From positions 30,132,001 to 30,196,000 of the forward strand of contig CM068743.1 of NCBI GenBank assembly GCA_035084275.1: a DNA stretch of 64,000 nt, written 5' to 3'. The position numbers were made by a program, and so were the translations under genes. The stretch comes from Hydrolagus colliei. Lineage: Eukaryota. The notes under the pieces were generated by a model. That model was given only the letters and a program-made list of their open reading frames with translations, had not been told where the DNA came from and did not search any database. Positions 1 through 52,249 of this stretch are shown here, piece after piece (position 1 is the stretch's first letter; every line of letters starts with the position of its first letter).

Positions 1-499
1 TTTTTTTCACGTTCGGATTGAGAGTGAAAGAGCTCTTTAAAATAGTCAGCACAGAAACAATGGGCCAACTGGCCGCCTTCTGGGTTGTAAATATCTAGGG
101 TTCTATAGTTTCTGATTAGAAAAACTATTTTAAAACGCGCTGCATTTCCTTTGTAATTTGTAACTCGAGTAAATCAGTAATGACATAACGTTTGCAAAAA
201 GTTATACAAAAGCCCACATCAGCAACAGTTTGCATTTATACAGTTCTTCATGGAGGCTAATGTCTCAATGGCTGGGAGGAGGGAAAGGAGCAGGTCACCC
301 TAGGCATAATTGAAGTCATGAGTTTTAAGATAGAATTTAGGAAATTAGCAACAGGAGTTCTAAAGCCTGCCCCACCACTTTCAGAGATTATGGCTGATCC
401 GCAACTTGATTCTACCTCCTCATTCTCTCTATATTCCTTGATGTCCCTGTCTATCAAGTATCTATCTATTTGCCTTTTAAATTCTTCAATTGACTCTGC

Positions 500-1445
500 C
501 ATCAGAGGAGTGTCTCACGTGGCGTTCCTCATGGTCCCATCCTTGGTCTCCTCCTCTTCAACATCTACATGCTCCCTCTTGGTGACATCATACACCAACA
601 TGGGTCAACTTCCACGTGTACGCGGGTGACACCAAACTGATCTCTCTGCCTCCATCCTTGACTCCAGGACCACTGCTGTCTTGACAGAATATCTATCAGA
701 CGTTGTCCTGGATGAGAGATAACTTTCTTTAGTTGAACGTGAACAAGACTGAGCCCTACCGATTGGCTCCCATCAGTGCTTCCACACCTCAGGTGCTGAC
801 AGCCTCACCAACCATCCATGAGATGCACACTACCATCTCACTAAGCCAGTCCGAAACCTTGACATCTTGTATGTCCCTCAACTATCCTCTCTACCCCACA
901 TCCATGCCATCACCTGCTCAGCCTTCTCCCACCTCCGCAACAATGCTCGGCTCCGTCACTGGCTCACACCACAGGCTGCTGAAACTCTCATACATTCATT
1001 CACAACATCCAGGCTTGACTATGCAAACCCCTTGCTTGTTGGCCTCCCCAACTCTTCCCTCCACAGGCTGTGGATCATCCAGAACTCTGCAGCACATGTC
1101 CTTTCCTGCAATAGGCTCCATGACCATATCACCTTCATCTTTGCCTGGTTCCATTGGCTTCTCATCACGAGACCATACAATTTAAGATCCTGGTCCTCAT
1201 CTCAAAGCCCTCCATGGCCTCACTTCCCCACTACCTCTGCAATCTCCTAACCCCTTAACAATCTGCCCGCTCCCTCCGTTCATCAGGCTCTGATCTGCTT
1301 TATGTTCTCCGTCCCACTATTGGCGAACATGCCTTTAGCATGCTTCCACCCTCAGGAACTCCATCCTGCAGTCCCTCCGCCTCACTCCTCCTCCTGCCTT
1401 TGTCAAGACCCACATCAAGGTCCTCCTCTTCGACCATGCTTTTCA
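500..1445 (+). mobile_element. Degenerate L2 LINE, RT C-terminal part
   Basis: GVPHGPILG, NVNKTE and AAETLIHSFTTSRLDYANPLL motifs spread over several frames. Confidence 0.85.
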
Positions 1446-2880
1446 GAGGTTACAGATGCAGAATCTGAAGGCTCATTCAGTAATCATGTGGAGAGGGTAG
1501 CAAATGTTCAACAAGCCTGAGTTTGCCAAGTAATGGGCTAGGAGATCAGAGAAATAAGGAGGTGCTGGATTACAGCCTTTGAAGTTGATGGGGATGTGGA
1601 CACTGTGACAGAATTTGGGATAAATTGGATGGTGGGCTAGGGAGACGAGCGAGAAATACATTGAAAAGGCCAAGCGAGAAGCAACAAAGGCATTGTGTGG
1701 ACAATGTTCTTTCTGGATTATTTGTTGTAATGAAAGTGCAATAGTTTCCTTAATAAACCATAAATTTTTCAGTCAACAGTTTCTTGAGATGAGCTGTATT
1801 TTTTTGACAGTACATAATGATGTTAAAAGTTAGGAAAGGAGCGGCTGACTTAAGCAGAGTGAGGGCAACTAATTGTCCTGTAGATGAAGAGGGACAGTGG
1901 GAGAGTGAGTCATACTGCGCCCTTTGCTGGATGCATTAGTTTGAGTTGGATTTACAAATGCCTTGGAGGCTGCCTTTCTTTTTCAAAAGCGCTGTGATGG
2001 GTGTCCAGCATGAAGGGGAAGGAGTTAAAAAACTCATATTTTTTGGTTTGGGACTTCCTTGTCTACTTTTTGAGAGAAACCATTATTTGTAGAGATTACT
2101 AATACAACGAACAAGACTTTTTCTTCTGATTTTGTATTTGGCTTATGATGCTACCCATTTCTTAGCTCAAGGGAAAACAATAACAACAAAATCGCATTTA
2201 TAGAGCCCCTTTCACATTCGGACCACTTCCTGATTTGGTGAAACTCTTCTTGTAATTGAGAGTGAGATGATGGACATATGAAATTGAGAATTGCTATCAA
2301 CTTTATGGCAAAGCAGGCTTGACAGATCACATTTTTTTAAGCTATTGGTTGTTGCTTGCTCCTAGAAACAGCACATGAAATACTCCTCCCCATCATTATA
2401 CATTTCTTGAAATACTTTATTGGTATATATATTTACTACATAATACATAATTCAGGAAATCTAGATTTTTCCACTCCATTTCTATGTCATGGGTATAACA
2501 GCTAAACAGAGTGAAACAAGGTGCCTTGTGACATCATTCATTTCTCCATTGTTGATAAACCATCACCGCTTCACCCACCCAATCTTTGTGGAATATCTTC
2601 TCTGTAGACTTATCTTCTTCAGTATGGCCATTGGTAACCTTTTGAGGATAGTAGCCCCTTTATCTGCACCAGAAGAGTGAGTTATCATGCCAGATGAGTA
2701 ATGATATACAGAAATTAGACATAGTGATATACATCGAGTTGAGTTGCAGCTGTTTTATATGTTGTTCGTATATAGCCTTAAAAGGAAACATGACTATGTG
2801 GTCGCACTTTCAGTATGATTTTGTTTCTCTCCACCATCCATCACTTTCATATTCAGTATATTTTGTGTATTTAGGGTTTA

Positions 2881-3375
2881 GAGTCCTGTAGCTCAGAGGT
2901 AAGAGCACTCACCTTGCAAGTGAGAGACCTGGGTTTGATTCCCGGAAGGGTGAAACCTTGGGCAAATTTCCTTACTCCACATGCCTAATAGTAAATAATC
3001 CCTTCAGAGCAAACAATAAATTGGTCATTTCAATCCATGACTGTTTGTGGGAGCACTCGCCTTACAAGTGTGAGATCTGTGTTCGAATCCAGGCAGATCA
3101 GGGCGAAATCTTGGGCAAGTTTCCTTACTCCACACGCCTAACAATAATCTGTCCCCAAAAAAATACAATGATGAAGGTTGGTCATTTCAATCCATGACTG
3201 TTTGTGGGACACTGCTGTGTGCAATTGGCTGCCACATTTCACCCACAAATATACAGTCAATTCACTTTACTATACTTTAGCGCTTTACTTTACTCAAAGC
3301 GCTGTGAAGCGCTTTGAGACGTCGATAAGATGTGAAAAGTGCTATATCAAATGCAAGGATTATTATTTATTATTA
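2881..3375 (+). mobile_element. tRNA-derived SINE with duplicated head, Deu-like middle and L2-like tail
   Basis: A box gtagctcagaggt, B box ggtttgattccc, second head near 3050, tail aaatgcaagga(tta)n. Confidence 0.85.
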
Positions 3376-4184
3376 CAAGAAGTCTTGAGTTCTGCTCATC
3401 GGGTTGAGTCTAACTAATTCAAGCAGGACCTATACAACTAACAACCATACAACCAACCAAGAAAGAATACTTGCAATTCTGTCAGTCTGGTTGAAATTTA
3501 CACCTTAGAGTGAAAACAGTCCATCATTTCATTCTACTACTCAGAACCGAGGTGTGAATAATTCAAAATTTTATGTCATATTGTCTTCTTGGCCCATACA
3601 CAGATACTTGGACTCGAAAGAGAAAATAAGGTTCAGAGACGCATCAGCATTAGTTTTGCATAAGGTCCTTTGGAAGCTGCACCTTATGCAATTGAATTGG
3701 ATTCAATTGAAACTTTTTTGATTCTCCTGTATTTTGTTTTACTGGTCTTTTCTTAAAGCACTGACTTGCGCTGAGCCTATTCCACAGGTCGTCCCTCCCT
3801 TGGATAGCTGGCACAAGTTAACTGCACCAGATTGTACTCCAGACAGAAAGTTTCAAGAACCTAATCGTGTCTTCAACAATGCCCTTGGCTATATATTTTA
3901 ATGGTGGGTCAGCAGCTGACAATAGGAGGCCTGGCAGAACATTTTCTTCTCTGACTTCATTTTCCCTCATTGGAACTAAATGATACACACAAAGAGTAGT
4001 CTAAGTAAAGAGTTGAAGACTGCTTCTGGCAACTGTTTATAATTTGTGATTTGTTGGATTGTAGTCCGGCACTATATAAATGTAATTTTGTTGTTGTTCA
4101 TGGAATTTAATGGCACACCATTAATATTGGTTCTAGCAAATCCTGTTTTTGGTGGTGGCTGATCAGATTCAATCTTTGTAATAT

Positions 4185-4380
4185 AAACAGAAGTTGCTGG
4201 AAACACTCAGCATGTCTCCACGCCGGACGGAGATGCCGTCCGGCATGGAGAGCGCTATAAATCGAAATTGTTGTAGAAGTTGTTGTTGTCAGGCAGCATC
4301 TATGGGCATCCCAGCGATGTTCCCAGCGATTTCTGCTTTTGTTTCAGATTTCCAACATCTGCAGTATTTTGTGTTTTTGT
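4185..4380. mobile_element. Palindromic shark-type repeat remnant interrupted by an L2 3' tail
   Basis: Same arms as 8872-9085 (ctcagca...ggcagcatct; cagatttccaacatctgcagt). Confidence 0.6.
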
Positions 4381-4730
4381 CAAACTTTAAAATATTTTGC
4401 AAAGAGACATTGATGTTAACCTTTAGGCTGCCCAAGTGCATAGGGAAAAAAGACTGTTTTACGTCAAGGATTTCTTTAAAACACTAGCATCAAAACAGTT
4501 TTAACAGAATAAAAATATTGGAAAAATTCTATTATTAAATTACTAATTTTAACACACGTAAGAGGTTAAAATGCTAAAAAAAGCTGCTACCCTACTCCTT
4601 CACTCTCAGCATCTTGGGTCATTCTTAATGTGAAAGGTGTTATACAAATATAATTTGTTTTGTTGCTTTCAAATCCCATCTCAAAACCTCTCTCTTTGAC
4701 TGTACCTTCAGCCACGTCCCCTAAACCACA

Positions 4731-4903
4731 ATAATAAAAATTGGTTATTTAAATCCACAACTGTTTGTGAGACACTGCTGTGTGCAATTGACTGCCGTGT
4801 TTTGCACACAAATATTACAGTCAATTCACTTTACAGTATATTCTGTGAAGCGCTTTGAGACATCAATAAGATGCTATATCAAATGCAAGGATTATTATTA
4901 TTA
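4731..4903 (+). mobile_element. SINE 3' half
   Basis: Matches the body and tail of 2881-3375. Confidence 0.8.
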
Positions 4904-6377
4904 TCTCCCAACCTGCTCAAATGTTCTTCATGACAGGTGCTCTATAAGCGCAAATTATTGTTAAAGGTTAGAAAAGAAAGAATTGAGATGGATGGGATAA
5001 AATAAATGTTTTAAACATCTTAAAAAATTCTGATTGAGGTGATTGGGAACGGCACTTTGTTATCGAATTACTAATTTGTGGCTGTATCTCCTCCTCACCT
5101 CCCCTACCAACCCAGAAAACAGATGCCATACTCAAAAGTCATCGGTCGTTTAACTATTATTGGAACATTGCCATAGTAATAGATAAGAGGTTCATTTAAG
5201 AAAATAAACTACCTGCTAGCATTCACAAGATTCCAAGATGGATTTGGATGAAGAAAGCCCTGCAGCCAATTTGATGCTGTCCTTCCAGGACATCAATCCT
5301 ACCGTCCCGCCATTCAAGTTTTTAAAATGAGTCTGGTGTCCTCTTTCAATCCCAATTAAAATTTTGAACACCTCTATAAAGATCCCTTCTGAGTCATCTT
5401 TTCTCAAGACTGAAGAGCCCTAACTTGGTCTAAACATTGCTAATAGCTCATAACTCTTCTGGCTCTGAAACTTCCTATTGCAACTAAATCTATCTTTGCA
5501 TCCCCATGCACACAGGTTTCACCAAGATCTGACAGCCATTAAATAAGTTTTACACAACTTGGCCTATACAGTCAATTCACTCTACAGTATATTCTGTGAA
5601 GAGCTTTGAGGTGATTAAATGAGTGATAAGGCGCTATATCAAATGCAAGGATTATTATTATTGTACATTTGACCAAATTTCATTGCAGGTTCATTTGCTA
5701 GGTGGTAAATTGTACCCTTATAAATTCTGTTCTGGTTGCTTTGATGGGCCATGTTTGAATATATTGTACACTGATATTTATAGTTTGCAATTTAGGTGTC
5801 CAGTTCTACCCCAGCTGTCCCTCCTCCCCCATATTCGGTTCCTGACCAGGATCACCTTTTTCCACCTCCACCAAATTACCAACCTCCAACCATACCTTAT
5901 CCGAAATGCAGCTGAAACCCTTTGGCATTTGTTTGCCATCTCACACTTGGATTTTTCCAACACATATCTCCCCAGCTTCTCCACCAAAAGATCCAGCTGA
6001 TTCAGACCTCTGTGGTCTGCATACTGACCCCACCAATCTACCACATCTAACCAGTTCTGGCCAGGCTCTACTGGCTTCCCATCACCAACCTGAACGACTT
6101 TAAGTTGTTGTAATAGATTTTGTACGCAGATTACTGTGCAACATTCAGGTGATTTTTCCTTTGAAAAGATGTGCTGTTATTCAAACAAAGAAATTGTGCT
6201 GATGTGGGAGCTAGAATAGATGTTCTGCTTAGCAGACACTTGCTAAAACAAGATTCTGAATGTTTTGCTAGAAAATAAAAGTTAATGTTTTAAAACTGCT
6301 GTGCTAAAAGTTTTTTTTCTGTAATGGCTTAAGATTATTTACGTCTGAAATGAAGCTTTTTTCCTCCTTTACAGTGA

Positions 6378-44434
<38,057 letters not shown>

Positions 44435-47400
44435 TGCAAGCTGTGGTGTGCTTGGCTTTGTCCGGGTATGGGTGCAAAGACCTGCTGTGTCACTGTTTGA
44501 TGTGTTCCTGTGAGATGAAGCAGAGCTGTGCCTCCACCAGGTTCTTCAGGCAGTCACCTGGTAGCCCTTTTTCTACTGTTTACAGTCTAACCAGTGCCAC
44601 ATTGCAAGTGTCGATGCCTATAGATATCCCAACTCATGTCATCACAACATTACCTGTAATGGGGGAGTGTTTGGTTGCCATGTTCTTCTCATGTGCAGTT
44701 GATATATTTTAAATGTAATTTAAAATACAAAAAATTAAAACGCTGTTATAAGACAGATCAAATAATTGTGTTTACACTGTACATTTTGCATCTAAAACAG
44801 GTAAATATGGCACTGCTTGATAAAATAAAGCCTATATACTACCTGAGGTACCTGTAGGTTTCAATGAAGTAGACCATTATTATCAGCGTCTTTTGCAGAC
44901 CATCAGATGAATGGATCTGTACACCTCATGTACATAGAGGTTATCCTGATCTCTCATATGAACAGTTCTTCACCAGGAACATCTTGGGGAATGTCTACCA
45001 GTTTGCACTTCCATTAACAGGAATTTCGTTAGATTGAGTTCCTTCAGTGTTTCACATGTGCATTGATGATATAGCATCAGTCCCTCTAAAGCCTTAATTG
45101 TTCTGTCTGAATGCTGCAGTTTTATTTGGGGATTTGTTTTTACAGACTTGTCAGGATGGACAGTTTTTGTTTTTCGGCAATGCTCATTGTTTTTTTTTGC
45201 CAAATATGTTCCCTAAATATTACAGAAGCTGTAATACATTTTTTCTCTCCACTTCCCCCCCGCCCCACACCAAAAACAAAAGAAAATTTGATTTAAATAC
45301 TGCTGGTGGTTTTGAGTAAAGCTTTGCTCCTACAATGGACTAACTGTGTCATGGGTCTCCAGGCCTGTGCCCTTCTGATCTCTGATAGCAGCCAGTGAGT
45401 TGTGCAGTTCAGTTTTGCAATGACTCTCCTGCTAATTATCCCCACTCCAATCTCTTTGGGGAAGAACTTTTTCCACTTTCTCTGATGCAGCTTGGGAACT
45501 GACTGGTGTGGGAGCCCTACGCTGCACATTAGTCTTCCAGTATAATTCACTAATCAACCATTTTAGAACTATGACATACACTGGTCCACAAGAACAATTG
45601 TCACATTTAATCTGATCTGACTTCTGTTTAGCAACATTAATACACCAAACTTTAAATATATATATATAGTGTGGTTAAATATTTAAACAAATTAGATGTC
45701 CATCATAAACATCCAGTAAAAAAAAATGACTCTGCTACTAAAGAGAGCTGACTTTTTTTAAAATCAGGAAGTTTGCATGAAGCGATTTTTAACTTGTTGA
45801 CTTATTTGATGTAAGTCTACCGGACTTCATCCCTGCATCATGTTGACAGTCACAGGTTGTTAACCTTGTTGGCTATCCCAACAAAGTATTTACCATTATT
45901 TCCAACTGTGTTTGAGACTTTAAACAGAAATTACTTTTTAACTGTTTGGTGTGACACATGTATTACCAGTAGCCAAATGCAGCTGAAATAGTGGAGAATA
46001 AAACTGTTTTATGTTTGGCTATTCTTGCACTGTGTAAAAGTATTTTTTCTTTTTTGGCAGTTTTTAAATTTAAATGTAACAAACATTTTTGTCTTCACCT
46101 AGAAATGTGTTAGTGTGAGAAATCCCATTGACTCCTGCACAGTGTGTTTATCAATGCACCTCAAGTTGCTTCTTAATTTTTCATCATCGCCAATATACTG
46201 CGCGCGCTAAATATAAATTGAATATAAAGAAAGCTGAGGAATTCAATTTATGTGTTTGTATATTCAAGTGATTCTCTCTTCTAAAGAAATTTGACCTTCC
46301 ATTTTCTTGCTGTTATGGACAAGTAACCCCATGCCATGTAAGTCTTCACTTCAGGTCATCCTGTCATGTTGCAGAGTGAGCAACATGCACAACTCTTGTC
46401 ATTATTATGGAATGTTGCATCTTCCTTCCATTGGATTAGTCAAATCTTTGGTCTGTTTCGAATAGGCAAGTGTTGTTTTGTTGCTGACCTGCAATTTCAA
46501 GGTACCCAAGAATCATTGATGATTTGGAAAAGTCTCTATTTAGTTGAAAAACTCTTATCCCTAAATGAATTTGAATTTAAACATAGGAACATTATGCTGG
46601 TAAATGTTATGATGTGTAATGTCTCGAATCACTTATTTTTTTAATTGGTAGGATTTTCTTGTAGTTTAGTGGGCTGGGCAAGTGTAATTTAATACCGTAT
46701 AACCATATCAGGAAAATATCAGCCACAAAAATATGTGTAACATCTTCATTTGGCAACGGGAAACATGCAAGTTTAGGATTCCAATAATTTATCAGGTTTT
46801 TTGATAGAACACATTTCCCATTTTAATCCCACCAGATTTTTGTTCCATATAAGTCTCATTTGCCCTTACACCTTATGTGCCTTACCAGACCTGCACTCAA
46901 TTCCCAGGCTGTGCTTGTAGCACTCCCAGATGGCAAACAGGAGGTTTGTGACAACTGTTAAACTAAATGTATTCTTCCTGAATATTTGCTCCTTCAGTTT
47001 TTTTTCTCTCTTGAAGGGACAGACTTCCTTCCATTACCCACTTAAGTGGCTGGTCTTCATTTGTAAACCTAGGCATGAATATCCACAGGCTATGAAACTG
47101 GGGACATCACCACATTGATTCCATTCCTCCTTTTCACAGCTGCTCCCCTCCAGCAATCCAATATGATTCCCCATACCATTTGTTATACCATTCAGGTCAG
47201 ATTTCTCAGTTACAGGACATGGATCATGTTTGGATGTCTTTGATCTGCATGAGTTAATACCATACTGAGCAGTGTGTTTTGTTTCCACTCAAAACTCAGT
47301 TAGCTTCTCACAGCAGCATAATATCCAGCTTTAGAGAGATCGAGTTTGCCTCCTCCGCTGTGTACAGCTATCTTTTGATAATTGGACTTAAACATGAAGG

Positions 47401-48960
47401 ACTAGGATTGAGTATTTAGAATTTGATGCAGTATGCAGGTTCAGAACTAAATACTCAAGCTTCTGAGCAGAAAAACTTTCCGTTTTTTTTGTTACTTCCA
47501 TCTGATGTAACACATTTTGTAAGATTTTTTTTAATGCATCTTCGGACCATTAGATTTGCATCCATCGCCAAACTTTGCATGTACATCTATACCAATCATA
47601 TATGCAAATGATGCCTTTGTATAAATTATACATTAGATGGGAAGTGTTTAGGATTGCTGTGTTGAGAGACTCATTTTTTAAAAATATACTGTAGCCCAAC
47701 AAAAAATAATGATCATTGTCAAATATCTGAATAACAAATCTTGAATTTGCTGATATATGGATGGTACTACTCAAAATTTTCGCTTGCATTTTGATTGTGT
47801 AAATGGTACAACTTTGAGCTGAAGCTGCTGCAACTTTAAAAATAACTTTAAAATGGCCATGCTCTCTTTAAATGGAGAGTAGAAGTTCAGATCTGTTTTT
47901 CTCCAGTTTCTACATGTTTGAAACTTTGAATTTAGTTTTGTTGGATGAGATAAACCTTTAATATTTTTCAACAACACAATGTGTTTCTGTTAACACTTTA
48001 TGAAATTAAGACATTGGTGGAAATATACAAACCCTTATCCTAACACTGATATGGTAAAATCTAAAAACAAAATTAGTTATATAGCTATTTTAACCTCTAT
48101 AGTACATTTAATGAACAAAGTTATTGCATAATATAACCCAATACAGATTTGTAGGTGGTTGAAAATGTCAAAATATTTTCCTTGTGTCAAAGAGCTTAGG
48201 GTATGGTTGCTGAGGCCATTCGCTACCTTACCCATGCCATCATACTTCATGTGCAAGCTTAGATGGTGTTTGATCATCCATGGAAGGAAGGGGGGAATTG
48301 AAGCCAAGCGTGAACCTGTTCAAACATTCTAGCAACAGTCACAGGGTAGCAATCAACACAAGCAATCTTGGCAGCCTTCATCTCTTCCCCAGTCCCTGCC
48401 CAAGGCTCACAAGCTGAATTGCTTCGGCTCTATAGCTGTTGCTGTGGCTGAGAAAAGCTAACAACAACAACAAAATTACACTTGTATAGCACCTTCCCAA
48501 GGCGCTGGTAACGGCACAGACTAGTTATTGAACCTGGGACCTTCATGGACCTTTTGGTTTAAAACCACACTAAAATGGTAAAATGCATTTTACCACCATG
48601 TAACTGGGGGAAGCTGTCAACAACAATTTTAAAATAAAAAATTCAGATCGAGTTTGCTGCTTCATTATTTGAGCACTTCATTCACTAATTGCTTCTAAAT
48701 ATTAAAAAAAACTGCTGGATGAGCTCTGCAGCTTGAACACAGGAACACAGAATACACACATACAGTAGTTACAGACAAGGGCGTTTCATGAGACACAGTT
48801 CAAAACGTGTTCATAGCTAAATCTGATACATAAATCAAAATTGGTAAAATTGTATTGTTTGTTAATGCATGTACATTGTATAAATTCAAAGTAAAATTTG
48901 TTTTATTTTGTCATGGATATTCAAGTAAATTGAGTAATAAATGATATTCTTAACAAGTGG
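44435..48960 (+). other. Probable CUL2 3' UTR with alternative poly(A) signals
   Basis: AT-rich and almost free of repeats; AATAAA at 44824-44829, 45997-46002 (followed by a GT/T-rich tract) and 48936-48941; true end unknown. Confidence 0.55.
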
Positions 48961-50696
48961 CGTTTGGTTTCTCTATAGGTAATAGTGTAATAATGAGCCT
49001 TTGATTGCTCATAAAATGAGGGTAAGGTGGAAATTTCTCAGATAATTTCAAGACTTTTCTAAAGTGTTATTTCCTTGACATAGCAGCCTAGATTCTGATT
49101 TCTGGAAACCATTCTCTCCAGAAATGTAACCTAAATTTATCTTAAGGGAAATAAGTTGTTGAATCACATTTTTGTGTTGGAAAGTAAAGCACAATCCACA
49201 TTTATGAGACAATATTGTAATAAACATGGTAACACTCCCTAATAATGTTATATCACATAATTATTGTATACAGGAATATAATAAATATAAAGTACAGATC
49301 AGTCCACATGATTTTAATTTGGTTTGATGCCTCTCGTTAGTCAAGATAGTTATTTGGCTTTGAAATCAACTTTCTGAAAATCATTTAATAATTCTTGCAT
49401 TTGATATTTGACTATTCAAACGTGTCTTGATTCAGAGATCATAGATTCTTAACCTGAAAGAGTTGCCAAACCTGGTCTTTGGAGTCGTGTAGCTTGTACA
49501 ATAAAACAGAAGGGTAATTCATATGTCATAAGCTTAGCTAGATCTCTTTTTTTTCCCCTTTCCATTTAGCATTGCATATCATTCTTCCATTTGCTTGTAT
49601 TGGGTAATGAGGAATACTTAACGTCTTATCATGGCACTCCCCTTGACTTTGCTCCCCTTCCTCTCACAGTTGGCCATTGTTCATCAGTGTGTCTGCCCAG
49701 TGTATGTTTAGTGTCATTGTACCTACCAAATCATGCACTTCCTCATTGAGACATCAACAACAACAACAACAAAATTCCACTTGTATAGCCCCTTTCATGT
49801 CGGGAGGAGGCTCTGTTGAATTTCAAATGGCAAAGTAAAAGTTTCCGATTACAATTTTTTTGGAAGTTCAATGAATCCAATTGTCTTCTCATTTTCCTCC
49901 AGTTGGTGTATGCTTCTGTGCCTGGTCCCTAACAGAGTTGGGAGTTGCTTGCCAGTACTCCACCCAACTGACCATTGTTCTTGTGTGAGCTTTAGAGGTG
50001 AGTCTCATTGAGGCCACTTGACTGCAGAGGGCATAACAAGAGTAGATTTACAGGGATGTTACTGAGGATGAGTGAATATAGCCACCAAGAAAGATTGCAC
50101 AGATCACAGCTTTTTTCCCAATTGAGTTGAAACAATTGGGAGAGCACAGTGTTTCAGTGCAGTTCTGGTATCCATCCACAAGAGGTTTGACCCTAGTGAG
50201 GCTGAGAACTAATAAGGAATCTGATCAGTTCCAGTGGCTCTTTAGAAGTCACATATATCAGATGCATACATGGTGAATGAGTGAATTCACCATAATTCAC
50301 AACAATTCGCAATCATTTTAATAAGACAGTAATAAAACACACTGTCTAGTGTCGTAATACTAATCCTTGCTTTTGATGTAGTGCTATTTACTGTTGAGAG
50401 AGCATCTCACAATGCTATACAAGATTTACATGGCCGTGACACCATTTCTAACAAGCCACACAAATCAGGAAGGTTCACTAATTATTTTGTTTAATTAAAC
50501 ATGGCTGCATGACACAGTTGGGTTTAGAGTCTCGCACTTTCAAATGCTGAGTGATGATCTCAGACAGGTCAGCACTGCAATTAGTCTGGGTGCTCTTATG
50601 AGCACACACAGCTACACAACTCCCCACCTCCCTCCCTCCCCATCACCTCAACCCCCCCCTCCCCCCCCCCCCCCTTCACATAGTCCTTCTTTACAG

Positions 50697-50983
50697 GAGA
50701 CCTGCAGCTCAACAGTTAGAGTACTCACCTTACAAGTGAGAGACCTGGATTCAATTCAAGGCAGGGCGAAACCTAGGGCAAGTTAGCTTACTCCATATGC
50801 CTAATAATAATCCCTAAAAAAAAATTGTTCATTTCCATCCACGACACTGTTGTGCGCAATTGGCTGCCCTGTTTCGCCCACAAAAAAATACAGTCAATTC
50901 ACTTTACAGTATATTCTGTGAAACGCTTTGAGATGTCTAGAAGGTGAAAACTGCTATATCAAATGCAAGGATTATTATTATTA
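50697..50983 (+). mobile_element. Full-length tRNA-derived SINE
   Basis: Head, Deu-like middle and (tta)n tail all present. Confidence 0.85.
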
Positions 50984-52249
50984 ATTGTAGGATAACAACC
51001 CATAGCGCTTTACAAGATTCACTACGAAGTGCAATGTTGGCATATTTTGTACGTGAAACAAGTTTACTCGAGAACTTGCCTGACATTTTAAGAATGACCA
51101 CTTAGGATAACATTTCAGTGATCTGTCATGCCCATAGTCATATCCTGCATTAGTCAGCTCCTTGAGAAGAGAGCAGGAGGGGGAAAGCGTATGTGATTAC
51201 AGCTCAAAAAACGGAATGGGCAAGAAATAATTAAAATAATTAGCAAGTAAGCAATGACAACAACAAAATTACACTTGTATAGCATCTTTCACGACATCCC
51301 AAGATTATCAATTATCCTCAATTCGGGATTAGGGATGATCATTTGGCTTCAGAATGCCAATTGCTAGTTACAACTCACTTAAATTACACATTAAGTGAAC
51401 TTTCCGAAAAAGTATTTGCATATAGCCTCATGAAAAGCAGAAATCCTTCCCAAAGCGGTGTGGGGTGTACGTTTGCACTGACAATCAGCAGCAGAGGGCA
51501 CTGTGGTTGAAATTGCATTGTCGGTTCAGTTTTTGTAAAATCTATTTTGGCATTTATAGTGCTGCACAAAAGCTATAACTTGTATCTGTTAACCTTGCAA
51601 ATGTTTTGCTTCTGATAAGTCTTGGCTTCTATGTTAATACGATATTTTTAATCTTACAATAAATAAATAGCACCAGATATTCATGAACAAAGAGAACAGG
51701 ACAGAGTGTATTTGTAGAGGACATTTATATGTAAATATAAATGTTTCTCCTCTTCTTGGGATTTGTTCTGCCCTCCTCAAGGCTCTATCCTCAGCTCCCT
51801 CTTTCTCGGTTAAATGCTCCCTCTCGGTGATATAATCGGCAGACCTGGGGTCAACTTCCACTTGTCTGCCTATGACACCCACATTTTCCCCACACGAAGA
51901 GTGCTATATAAATGCAAGTTGTTATTGGCAGTGAGTACTTGCAATCTATACATGAGGTGAGGGGGCAGAGGAAATAACGTCCATACCCATTATCCAACTT
52001 AAAGCTGGGGTTCTGGTTTGGAGAGTGATCTAGGTCAGGAAGGCTGGCAGGTTTTGCCACCATCACTAATTTGAAGCTAATTCTTTGAAGATAATTCGAT
52101 CCTGCCATTCTATTGAATGATTGTGCAATAAATGGAAATATCCTGCCAATGTGGCTTCAGGGACAAACCTTCTACTCACAATACTTGCTGATCCAAATGA
52201 TATTGAATACAACTGCAGTTTCCTTTCAGGTATTTTCTCACATCAATGA

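Noticed and set aside
1-250. CUL2 promoter or non-coding exon 1
   Set aside because: Only mildly CpG-enriched, with no clear donor or CpG island; exon 1 is probably upstream of the window.
2881-2960. tRNA gene
   Set aside because: A and B boxes belong to a SINE head and are followed by the SINE body; there is no proper cloverleaf acceptor stem.
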